A stretch of DNA of 64,000 nt from positions 1 through 64,000 of IMG/VR virus record IMGVR_UViG_3300032245_001746, one strand, 5' to 3'. Of the stretch, positions 48,241 through 57,155 are shown in pieces (the stretch's first letter is position 1; each line of letters begins with the position of its first letter). Position numbers and translations under genes: made by a program. The notes beneath the pieces are model-generated. The model was given only the letters and a program-made list of their open reading frames with translations. It did not search any database and was not told the origin of the DNA.

Positions 48241-49629
48241 TTAGATCATACCACCTAAAAATTCATTAGATTCTATTTTCAAATAATCTCTTATCTGTTG
48301 TCTAAGATTAGTATACTTTAAAACAATCTTAGGTGGATCAGAAATTTCAATTTTTTCTCCATTTAAAAACTTTTCAATGATAGATTCAATTCTTGAAAAT
48401 TCCCAAAATGGAATTATAAGCAATGGTATTTGATTGTTTTTACAATAATCAATTTTAACTTGATCTCTTTCAATACAATTTAATAAATTTTTATGACCAA
48501 AAAAATCTTTTTTTGAACCAAAAGAACCAGGGCGATAATGTTGCATTCCATGATATTCAATGAAAGAATCATTTACTTGAAAATCATATCTTTTATTTCC
48601 TATTTCTTTAATTGTAACTTCCATATTATATTGAATTTCTCTTAAATCAAATATCTGACATATTTTGATTTCACCTTTTGATCTTGGCTTACATTTATCA
48701 CACCTACATCCTTGTTTAAAATCACAAAAATTTGTTTCAGATTTATTTCCACAACTACAAACATAACATATAGATGTATGATTGTTAACATATTCGTTAG
48801 ATAATAGTTTACACCCTTGATCTTTAAAGTATTGCTTTACTTCTTCAAATGGTGTTTTTAAAACTGTTTTAATTTTTTCAATTCCACATTGTTTGCATCT
48901 TCTTCCATTTTTAAAACTATTAAAATTTATTTTAGATTTATTTCCACAACTACAAATATAATCTAATAAATTATGAGCATTAATATATTCATTAGATAAT
49001 AATTCACATCCTTTATCTTCAAAATATTGTTTTACTTCTTCAAATGATGTTTTCTGAGATTCTTGCGATTTTTTATTTCCACACTGTTTACACCTATTCC
49101 CATTTTTGTAATTATTAAAATTTATTTTTGATTTATTTCCGCAATTACAAACATAATCCATTAAAGTACTATTGTTAGTATATTCGGTAGATAATAATTT
49201 ACATCCTTGATCTTTAAAATATTGCTTTACATAATCATATTTAAGACGTTCAGATCCACCACATTTACTGCATCTGTATCCACTTTTAAAATTGTTAAGA
49301 CTTATTTTTGATTTATTTCCGCAATTACAAATATAATTCATTAAAGTACTATTGTTGGTGTATTCGGTAGATAATAATTCACATCCTTGATCTTTAAAAT
49401 ATTGCTTTACCTCTTCAAATGGTAGTTTTTTAGATTTTTTACATTTTTCACATTTATTTCCAATTTTGGTTCCATATTTATAATTATGTAAACTTATTTT
49501 TGATTTATTTCCACAACTACAAACATAGTCCAACAAATTATGAGCATTAATATATTCAGTAGATAATAATTCACATCCTTGATCTTTAAAATATTGTTTT
49601 ACATAATCATAACTAAGTTTTTTCATCAT
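48241..49629 (-). mobile_element. Free-standing homing endonuclease: five Zn-binding repeats plus Vsr/DUF559-like nuclease
   Basis: VKQYFKDQGC.LLS.EY.N....Y.C.CG repeated 5x; SKGE, RYDF, IEYHGMQHY, RD..K..YC..N.I.L..I. Confidence 0.8.
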
Positions 49630-49728
49630 AAACTCCAAAAATATAAAATCTTATATTTATATAAGATAGAATTTATTTTTATTTAATTTGTTTTAAATGT
49701 AATTTACATTATTTTAAAAATATTTATG

Positions 49729-50661
49729 TCACACTGCAACTGGAATTTCTAACTTAGGACCACACTTATAATCACTCAACACAAAGTCGTTCAATTTATA
49801 AGAGTAAATATCCTCTGCTTTATTGATTGTTAAATTTGGACAATCGTAAGAAGGCAATGAAAGATATTCTTCCATAGCAGGAATTTGATCCCAATAAATA
49901 TGAGAGTCAACAGTATAGTGAACAAACTCTGTTGCTTTATATCCAGTTTGTTGTGCAAGCATCATTGTTAATGCGGAATAAAACTGTATATTCGCTGGAA
50001 CTCCAATTGGAAAATCTGCTGATCTTTGGGTTAATGATCCAGTCATTTCGCCATTATCATCAATTGAAATCTGAAATGAATAATGACAACATGGAAGTTT
50101 CATCTTACTTACTTCTTTAGGGTTCCATAAAGAAAATAATATTCTTCTACAAGATGAATCTTCTTTGATTCTATTAACCATAAAGTCTAATTGATCAAAT
50201 CCTCCCGAACCATATTGATTTTTATTATATGTAGAGTTAAGATCTTCTCCACAAGGATCAAATGATACTTCATTAGTAAATTCTTTACCACCAATTCCAT
50301 TTCCGTAATATCCGCCAAAATGTCGAAGCTGAAATCCGTAAACGGGACCGAAAACTTTTTCAGCGTATCCATGTTTCTTTTCAAATTCAGGATCAACCCA
50401 AGGGTCCCAAATTTTGGCACCAAGTGCGTTTAAATCATTATTATTAGTAGAACCAGATATAAACCAAAGCAATTCTGCCCAAATAGATTTTGGCCAAATT
50501 TTTCTTTTAGTTACAAGTGGAAATGATTGTGTTAAATCATATCTACTTAAAATGCCAGGTAAAAATTTAGTTTTAATTCCTGTTCTCTTATTAGACTTTT
50601 CTTTGCCTTTTTTTAACAATAATTCTAAAGCTTCATCATATGGTTGAATTGCGTATGACAT
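49729..50661 (-). CDS. thyA: Thymidylate synthase
   Basis: RTG, FPLVTKR, ELLWFISG, GPVYGFQ.R, LPCCH, QRSAD..GVPAN, DSHIY. Confidence 0.95.
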   Translation of the reverse strand: MSYAIQPYDEALELLLKKGKEKSNKRTGIKTKFLPGILSRYDLTQSFPLVTKRKIWPKSIWAELLWFISGSTNNNDLNALGAKIWDPWVDPEFEKKHGYAEKVFGPVYGFQLRHFGGYYGNGIGGKEFTNEVSFDPCGEDLNSTYNKNQYGSGGFDQLDFMVNRIKEDSSCRRILFSLWNPKEVSKMKLPCCHYSFQISIDDNGEMTGSLTQRSADFPIGVPANIQFYSALTMMLAQQTGYKATEFVHYTVDSHIYWDQIPAMEEYLSLPSYDCPNLTINKAEDIYSYKLNDFVLSDYKCGPKLEIPVAV

Positions 50662-50736
50662 AATATCTTTCTTTAATAAATTCAAATCATACAACTTTAA
50701 CCAAAACTTCAATCAAGATCAACATTTTTTTATTGG

Positions 50737-50874
50737 TTACTTCTTTTTATCAAGTTTTTTCTTCTTGAATTTAATTAATTCAGTTGATAACGGCATTGCA
50801 AAATTTGCAACACATGAAGTTGATGTCATTTCTTCTAGCCATTTTTTAAATGATTTTAATTTTATTTTATTCAT
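50737..50874 (-). CDS. Small basic protein with capsid-targeting-like N-terminus (45 aa, missed by ORF track)
   Basis: MNKIKLKSFKKWLEEMTSTSCVANFAMPLSTELIKFKKKKLDKKK; TAATG coupling. Confidence 0.7.
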   Translation of the reverse strand: MNKIKLKSFKKWLEEMTSTSCVANFAMPLSTELIKFKKKKLDKKK

Positions 50875-51281
50875 TACATCATACCCGGAAGCATACCTTG
50901 AGTGTTACCACCCATTCCTCTTGTTAACATAGAATTTAACTTACTTATAGGAACAAATATTTTTTTATCTGAAACAGTATTAGATGGTGTTCTAAGATTA
51001 CCATCTGTTCCTTTATGGAATTTTTTTTGCACCATACCACCATCTATATTAAATGGTGTAATATAAGCGCCTTTCACATCTCCTCTTGCATCTTTTACAA
51101 ATTGGTTTATTAAATAATTAACACCATTAAAATGAAAATTTCCCATTTTCATTTCAGGCGACCAATTTGGAATTTTCTCTAATGCAGAAGGATCAATACC
51201 GAGTTCGTCCTGCAAAGAAGACATATAATTTGCCTTTTTTTCATAAGATTCCATAAAATCTTTAAATGATAATAATTCCAT
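50874..51281 (-). CDS. Hypothetical protein with capsid-targeting-like N-terminus
   Basis: MELLSFKDFMES. Confidence 0.65.
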   Translation of the reverse strand: MELLSFKDFMESYEKKANYMSSLQDELGIDPSALEKIPNWSPEMKMGNFHFNGVNYLINQFVKDARGDVKGAYITPFNIDGGMVQKKFHKGTDGNLRTPSNTVSDKKIFVPISKLNSMLTRGMGGNTQGMLPGMM

Positions 51282-51288
51282 AGTGCAA

Positions 51289-51308
51289 TATATAGTTTAT
51301 TATAAATA
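51289..51308. promoter_or_regulatory. Back-to-back late-promoter-like motifs
   Basis: ACTATATA (minus, 51289-51296) and TATAAATA (plus, 51301-51308) in divergent intergenic region. Confidence 0.45.
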
Positions 51309-51329
51309 TTTTTATTCAGGAAATAAGAA

Positions 51330-51665
51330 ATGAATACTTTTGATATTATTTCAATTTGGAGAGAACAATTAAACAAAGAAAATATACAAAAAATAAAAAG
51401 TTTAATCCAAAATGAATTAAATTTATTTTTTTCTTTTGAAAAAGAGATATATGGTGCAGATGAAGATGCAAGATTGGTATTTGCTAAATTAAAAATTCCT
51501 GATGAAGATTATGATATATCATGGGATGAAGCGGCATCATTTGTAGGATTTAATATAACAAGAGGTTTAAAAGAAGATAATATACCAAAACGAATGTTTT
51601 ACAAAAAAGATATTAAAAACATTAAAATAATTAACTTAGAAGAAGTTGAAAAGCTATTAAAATGA
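51330..51665 (+). CDS. Hypothetical protein
   Basis: SD AGGA; 111 aa. Confidence 0.6.
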   Translation: MNTFDIISIWREQLNKENIQKIKSLIQNELNLFFSFEKEIYGADEDARLVFAKLKIPDEDYDISWDEAASFVGFNITRGLKEDNIPKRMFYKKDIKNIKIINLEEVEKLLK

Positions 51666-51675
51666 AAAGGCAAAA

Positions 51676-52335
51676 ATGTTTCAAGATGAAAATAAAAACA
51701 AAAGAAAATTCACATGTTTTGTTTGTGGTAGAGTTTTTACTGAATTCGAAGAATTTAAAAATCATATAATTGAAAAACATGAAGAAGGAAGAGATTACGT
51801 TATATGTCCACTAGAAAGATGCAAAACGCCTGTCAGGGATATAAAAATGCATTTCAAAGTGAAACATCCGAGTGAAAAGATTCCAGAAAAAGGACAATCA
51901 AAAGCATTAATTTGGCGGGATGTGAAATCCAATGGAGAAGTTAAAACAAGAAAGCCAAAATTTAGAGAAGGATGGTATCATTCAACAAAAATGAATCAAT
52001 CGTTTTTTTATAGATCAGGATATGAGGCAAAAGTTTTTGAACTATTAGATTCTTGGAATGGCGTGTTAGCATACACAGTAGAAGAATTTAAAATTCCATA
52101 TATTTTTGAAGGAAAACAACACGAATATATTCCAGACATATTTGTTGCGTACACCGATGGAAGCAAAGAGGTTTGGGAAATCAAGCCAGCAACACAAACC
52201 TCTTTAGAAAAAAATAAAGCTAAATGGCATTTTGCTGAAAATGCTTGTAAAGAGCGAAATTGGGTTTTTAGAGTTATAACAGAAAAAGAAATAGAAAAAC
52301 TTAAAAAAACAGTTAGAGACCAATATCTACAATAA
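51676..52335 (+). CDS. TnsA-like endonuclease (T4 gp4 head-completion-like) with N-terminal C2H2 fingers
   Basis: CFVC...H...H, CPLERC...H...H; YRSGYE, YIPDIF, EIKP, AKW. Confidence 0.8.
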   Translation: MFQDENKNKRKFTCFVCGRVFTEFEEFKNHIIEKHEEGRDYVICPLERCKTPVRDIKMHFKVKHPSEKIPEKGQSKALIWRDVKSNGEVKTRKPKFREGWYHSTKMNQSFFYRSGYEAKVFELLDSWNGVLAYTVEEFKIPYIFEGKQHEYIPDIFVAYTDGSKEVWEIKPATQTSLEKNKAKWHFAENACKERNWVFRVITEKEIEKLKKTVRDQYLQ

Positions 52336-52336
52336 T

Positions 52337-52645
52337 TTAATTATCTTTGAAAACAATCCATTCATGATAAAATGGACTTTTTTGTTTTAAAAAATTAGGT
52401 TTTTGATCATAAGGATGTTCAAGTTTTCCATACCATTCATATCCAACTTCATTCCACCAATTTTGCCATTCTTTAATGTTGTTCAATAATCTATTTAACA
52501 ATAAATCAGTTTGTTCTTTGTTTAATTCAACAAATATATCATCTTGATTTTGATCTATTGTTACAATAAAGTTTCCATTATTACATGTGGAAACAGAATA
52601 AGTATTGTTAAAATTTTCTTGAAAGAAACTTTTCATGTATTGCAT
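52337..52645 (-). CDS. Hypothetical protein
   Basis: 102-aa ORF. Confidence 0.55.
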   Translation of the reverse strand: MQYMKSFFQENFNNTYSVSTCNNGNFIVTIDQNQDDIFVELNKEQTDLLLNRLLNNIKEWQNWWNEVGYEWYGKLEHPYDQKPNFLKQKSPFYHEWIVFKDN

Positions 52646-53037
52646 ATTCCATAAAGTGAAGCTGGTCCGTTTGGATCAACTTTTTGTGTAGTTAATCTAT
52701 AACTATCGGAGTCAAAATGTTGAGTAGATGTTTCTATAATAACACAATCTTCTAAAGCAACCATTTGATGAATCAAACCTGGTCTTACATGATAAGCATC
52801 ACCACTATTCATTTCTATTTGTTTAATTATTGTAGAATCACTTTCCGCATAGTTAAATAACATTTTGCCCGAAAAAAGAAATAAGACCTCGTCCTTTAAT
52901 TTGTGAAAATGACATGAACAAAAATGATCTTTTTTAATATTTAAAATTTTACCACAATATTTTTCATTATTACAAATCCATAATTCATTTCCCCAAGATT
53001 TATCTACATAAACCATATTATCTTTATTTAAGAACAT
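52633..53037 (-). CDS. Cupin-fold sugar isomerase-like protein
   Basis: KSWGNELW..N.EKYCGK, CHFH..KDE, H....E.ST.H.DSDSYR. Confidence 0.8.
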   Translation of the reverse strand: MFLNKDNMVYVDKSWGNELWICNNEKYCGKILNIKKDHFCSCHFHKLKDEVLFLFSGKMLFNYAESDSTIIKQIEMNSGDAYHVRPGLIHQMVALEDCVIIETSTQHFDSDSYRLTTQKVDPNGPASLYGICNT

Positions 53038-53684
53038 GCTCCCTCCCCAAATTTAGAAACTAAAAATGGAAACAATTCATTGTTTATTCTTTCATACAAT
53101 TCTTCTTCTGTACCATCGTTTTGTAAGAAATAATCCACATCATAAATATTGCTAGGCATATTTTCTATGTATCTTGCTGTCATTAAATGATTTTGAATAG
53201 ATCCAAAAAACAAATTTTGTTTACAAAAATCCACTAAAACTTTAATTTCAGATTCAGACTTATGAGGATCATCATTCTCCCAACCAGGTCTCCAAACAAT
53301 AATATTAACTCCACCCATTTCTTTTACTCTTTTTAATTCTGTATTATATCTACCATCTGATATTATCAATGGCATAGGGTTCTTTCTGTAGCATTTATTA
53401 ACCCAAATATTGGGATCAATATCTCTACAACCATCTCCAATAAATTTCAGAGCATTTCTTACTGGCATTTGCCAGTTTTCAGGTGGGGTTGGATCAACTT
53501 TAAATTTTTCAATAAAATCTAAATCAACATCTTTAAGATCACATAAAGTTTTTTTAACCTCTAATGCAAAAGATCCTCTATTCCAACTTTTAAGCAAATT
53601 ATCTTTTAAATAATTAGCACTTGTATCTTTTCCAGACCTAGCTTGACCAGCAAAACATATTACATTACTCATTATCATCCTCAC
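53028..53684 (-). CDS. Deoxynucleoside monophosphate kinase
   Basis: GQARSGKDT, SFA..VK, R..L..G, ISDGRY..E, H.SE. Confidence 0.85.
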   Translation of the reverse strand: MRMIMSNVICFAGQARSGKDTSANYLKDNLLKSWNRGSFALEVKKTLCDLKDVDLDFIEKFKVDPTPPENWQMPVRNALKFIGDGCRDIDPNIWVNKCYRKNPMPLIISDGRYNTELKRVKEMGGVNIIVWRPGWENDDPHKSESEIKVLVDFCKQNLFFGSIQNHLMTARYIENMPSNIYDVDYFLQNDGTEEELYERINNELFPFLVSKFGEGACS

Positions 53685-54885
53685 CTTCTATTTCAGATAT
53701 CATCTCAAACACTTTAAAGTTATTCAAATACTTATTCGCAAAACATATTAAATCATTATTGGTTACACTGATTTCAGTGTCAAAGTTTGAATTTTTCTTC
53801 ATTGATTCAAAATCTTGATTATACACAAATTTATTAGTCATGTAATCAGAAGTTATCTCTGATCTATCTTTTAGCAAGGCAACATTATAAAGATATTGAT
53901 TTTTAGCTAATTCTAAAACAAAATCATCAAATCCGGTAATTTTAATTTGATTAAATAAATCATTTAATGATTGTTCTAAAATTTGAATTTTTTTACTTGA
54001 TGTAAGAGTAGATAAAAACATGTATGAATTTTTAGAGTCTTTCAAAGATTCTAAAGAAACTCTATAACACAAACCTAAATCATCTCTTATGTTATCATAT
54101 AAAATTTGCTGTAGACATGCTTTAAAAATAGATCCAATTTTTTTAGAATCATCTGATGGATGAATCCAATCAAGCAAAATAGCATATGAACTTTGATTAA
54201 ACTTCTTTGTTGTAGTGCTAAACTTACAGTTATCATGTTGATTAATACAAACTGTTTGTGTATCCACCTCTGTCAAGTTATGTTCTATTAAATCTACCTT
54301 TTTCACCAATTCATCAAAATCTAAATTTCCAGAAATTACCAAACATATATTGTTTAATGTATAATTTCTGTTTCTAAATTCCAAAATTTTATCTAAACTA
54401 AATTTAGAAATATTTTCTGGGTCGCTGATTATATCATGCATTTCTTCTTTAAATGCATTTTTAAAAACAAATTCTGAAAAGCAAGAAGTTTGTGAGTTAT
54501 TATACATATAATATTCCTCAAGAACAACTTCTTTTTCTTTATCGATTTCTTCTTGAGGAAAAGTTGAATTAAAAACACAATCTGTTAATAGATCAAAACA
54601 AACATCAAAATTTGATTTTACACAATCAAAATAATATGAAGTGTAAAAATACCAAGTTTCAGCATTAAACTGTCCGTAGGTCGCAAGAAGTCTTGAAATT
54701 TCTTTTTTATTTTTAGTTTTAGTACCTTGAAAATGCATATGTTCTAAAAAATGTGCAATTCCATATTCATCTAATGTTTCTGATGATGAGCCAGCCTTAA
54801 AAACAAAACTCATACTTACAAAATTTGAATCATTTTTATAAAATACAATTGGAATTTTACCTTTTTCAATTCTATAATGATACAT
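53665..54885 (-). CDS. M16 (pitrilysin-like) zinc peptidase
   Basis: GIAHFLEHM.FQGT, NA.T, EKEVVLEE, IRDDLGLCY. Confidence 0.9.
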   Translation of the reverse strand: MYHYRIEKGKIPIVFYKNDSNFVSMSFVFKAGSSSETLDEYGIAHFLEHMHFQGTKTKNKKEISRLLATYGQFNAETWYFYTSYYFDCVKSNFDVCFDLLTDCVFNSTFPQEEIDKEKEVVLEEYYMYNNSQTSCFSEFVFKNAFKEEMHDIISDPENISKFSLDKILEFRNRNYTLNNICLVISGNLDFDELVKKVDLIEHNLTEVDTQTVCINQHDNCKFSTTTKKFNQSSYAILLDWIHPSDDSKKIGSIFKACLQQILYDNIRDDLGLCYRVSLESLKDSKNSYMFLSTLTSSKKIQILEQSLNDLFNQIKITGFDDFVLELAKNQYLYNVALLKDRSEITSDYMTNKFVYNQDFESMKKNSNFDTEISVTNNDLICFANKYLNNFKVFEMISEIEGEDDNE

Positions 54886-54919
54886 AAAGGTTCCTTAATA
54901 AGGTTTTAAAATTTATTCT

Positions 54920-55201
54920 ATGAAATTTACTAAAAAAAAGAACGATGAAGTTGAGAAGATTTGTAAAAATTGTCTTTTGTATGATATTAAAAATAAATAC
55001 TGTACCGTGATTGTACTTCATGAAGGAAAAAAAATAAATTTACCTACTGATCCTGGTGATTCTTGCATCTTTGAAGATGATGAAGTAAAACAAGTAAAAA
55101 TATGGGTAGAAGACGAAAAAGGCAAAAAAACAGATAAAAATGGTGTTGTAAAAATAGAATATCCTTCTGGATTTTTTGGAGAGGAAACAAATATTGAATG
55201 A
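54920..55201 (+). CDS. Hypothetical Cys-motif protein
   Basis: CKNC...C...C. Confidence 0.55.
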   Translation: MKFTKKKNDEVEKICKNCLLYDIKNKYCTVIVLHEGKKINLPTDPGDSCIFEDDEVKQVKIWVEDEKGKKTDKNGVVKIEYPSGFFGEETNIE

Positions 55202-56040
55202 AAAACTTTTACTTAAAATCATCAAAAAATCAAATTTTTATTTCACATTATCCTTTGAATAACATTCAAGTTGATGAAAATGATATAATAATATTATTAT
55301 GCAACAAATCAATAAAAACACAAGAATTAATTCAATTTAAAAAAAATTTTAATTTTTATAAACAATGTTTAATATTATGTAATACACCAGAAGAAAAAAA
55401 TATTTGTGATAAACAAAAAATATATTCATCATTCATTAATAAAAATTGTTTTATTGATGAATCTATATTCAATATAAAAGAAAATATAAACAAAGAATAT
55501 GATGGAATTTATGCAACTTCAATAAAAGAAAGAAAACGATTACATTTATTAAATGATATACCAAAAATTGCTGTTTTAAAAAATTTTAACCAAGAAGAAC
55601 ATAAACATTTAAATATAGAAAATTTAAATATTATAAACAATTCAATTATAAACAAAGAAGAAATTTGTGAGTATTATAATAAAGCATTATTTGGATGTAT
55701 TTTTTCTATTCAAGATTGTTCATCATCAGTTTCATGTGAATACATGTTGTGTGGATTACCAGTGTTAACAACAAGATCTTCTGGAGGGCGTAGTATATGG
55801 TATAATAAATATAATCATATATTGATAGAACCAAATCAAAATTCTTTAAAAGAAGCTATTAATTTATGTAAAGAAAGAATACAAAAAGGAATATTTAATT
55901 CAGAGTTAATAAGAAGAAATCAAATAAAACTAATGCTTAATTTCAGATTGAAATTCAATAAATTAATCTCTCAATTAACCAATCTAGAATTAGAAGAATG
56001 TATTGACACGTTTAATGAAAATTTCAAATTGCTTCAGTGA
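55198..56040 (+). CDS. Glycosyltransferase family 4-like
   Basis: RKRLHLL, EICEYYNKA, EYMLCGLPVLTTRSSGG. Confidence 0.7.
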   Translation: MKNFYLKSSKNQIFISHYPLNNIQVDENDIIILLCNKSIKTQELIQFKKNFNFYKQCLILCNTPEEKNICDKQKIYSSFINKNCFIDESIFNIKENINKEYDGIYATSIKERKRLHLLNDIPKIAVLKNFNQEEHKHLNIENLNIINNSIINKEEICEYYNKALFGCIFSIQDCSSSVSCEYMLCGLPVLTTRSSGGRSIWYNKYNHILIEPNQNSLKEAINLCKERIQKGIFNSELIRRNQIKLMLNFRLKFNKLISQLTNLELEECIDTFNENFKLLQ

Positions 56041-57121
56041 TATTCCATGAAATTACTCTATAAGGACCAGATTGAGGTGGACAATTATACCAATCACAAT
56101 CTGTTTGATTTGGCAAATTAGAACTAGCAGAAATTGGATCACAAGTTACATTGTCCATTCGAACACACCCTTCTTCTAAATCTAGATTTGGATATGTTGA
56201 CCAACAAAAACTAGTACAAGTGTCTGGATCTACCACATTAATTATAAATGTCCAAATTCCACCATTACAACATAATGAAGCATCTACAGTGTATTGTTTT
56301 GGAGTTTCACATTCTTCGCAATTCGTAGTATAAGAACCTTCCCAACACATTGCGTTTCTAGTTAAAACAATATCATTAATTTCACCACTACAATTATCTG
56401 TTAAATTTAAAATCAATGTTTCTGGAAATGGGTTTGTACAACCAGGATCTGCTTCTTCACACCTAACATCGTTACAGCATTGACATTCTGGATCTGTATT
56501 GGGTCCACCAAATACAGGTTCTGTTTGGACAAAAGCGTTAGAACAATCACAATATTCTTCAAATACAACACCATCATTACAAATTGTTGGACCAAACTGA
56601 AATAGATCATTACAATCTGTTGGATAAAATATCCAATGCATATTGGCACTTTCAGCAGCATTAGTTTCAACAGTTCTAGCATCTATAACTAAAACCAAAT
56701 CACCAGTTGAAGTACAAAAAAGCAACCATGAAACTTCTAATGGTACTGTGAATATACCACAATCATACACTCCCAAATTATGTAATTGCCAACCACTTGC
56801 AGTGCAAGTAGAATCACTTAGTAAGTCTGCAACCTCTGCTGGGACTCTGTCGTTGGGGAAATTATTTAATCTAGGAACATAAACTCTTGAATTAAATTGT
56901 GTACAATTACACTCTAAACTAGCTACACCAGTAATTTGTATCCATAATCCATCTAAACAAGGACAACAATCGCAAGTTTTACAACAATTACAACAAGATG
57001 CAAAATAATCATTACAACTAGCAGTGTCAGCTAAAGCAGTCACTTTTGCATTTAAAGAAGTTAACAACCTGTTTTTAACATTATTTTTTAATTTCAATTT
57101 AATTGAATTAGCAGTTGACAT
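56024..57121 (-). CDS. Cysteine-rich acidic protein, putative virion component
   Basis: 35 Cys in 365 aa; AATAAATA 4 nt upstream of ATG. Confidence 0.65.
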   Translation of the reverse strand: MSTANSIKLKLKNNVKNRLLTSLNAKVTALADTASCNDYFASCCNCCKTCDCCPCLDGLWIQITGVASLECNCTQFNSRVYVPRLNNFPNDRVPAEVADLLSDSTCTASGWQLHNLGVYDCGIFTVPLEVSWLLFCTSTGDLVLVIDARTVETNAAESANMHWIFYPTDCNDLFQFGPTICNDGVVFEEYCDCSNAFVQTEPVFGGPNTDPECQCCNDVRCEEADPGCTNPFPETLILNLTDNCSGEINDIVLTRNAMCWEGSYTTNCEECETPKQYTVDASLCCNGGIWTFIINVVDPDTCTSFCWSTYPNLDLEEGCVRMDNVTCDPISASSNLPNQTDCDWYNCPPQSGPYRVISWNITEAI

Positions 57122-57155
57122 GAATTATTTATTAATGTCAACTGCTAAAAAAAGA

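Noticed and set aside
49729-50661. dCMP hydroxymethylase / modified-base synthase
   Set aside because: Keeps the dUMP-specifying Asn (GVPAN) and is linked to DHFR, so it is an ordinary ThyA
51676-52335. Tn7 transposon
   Set aside because: No tnsB/C/D or transposon ends; TnsA-like domain fits phage gp4-type nuclease
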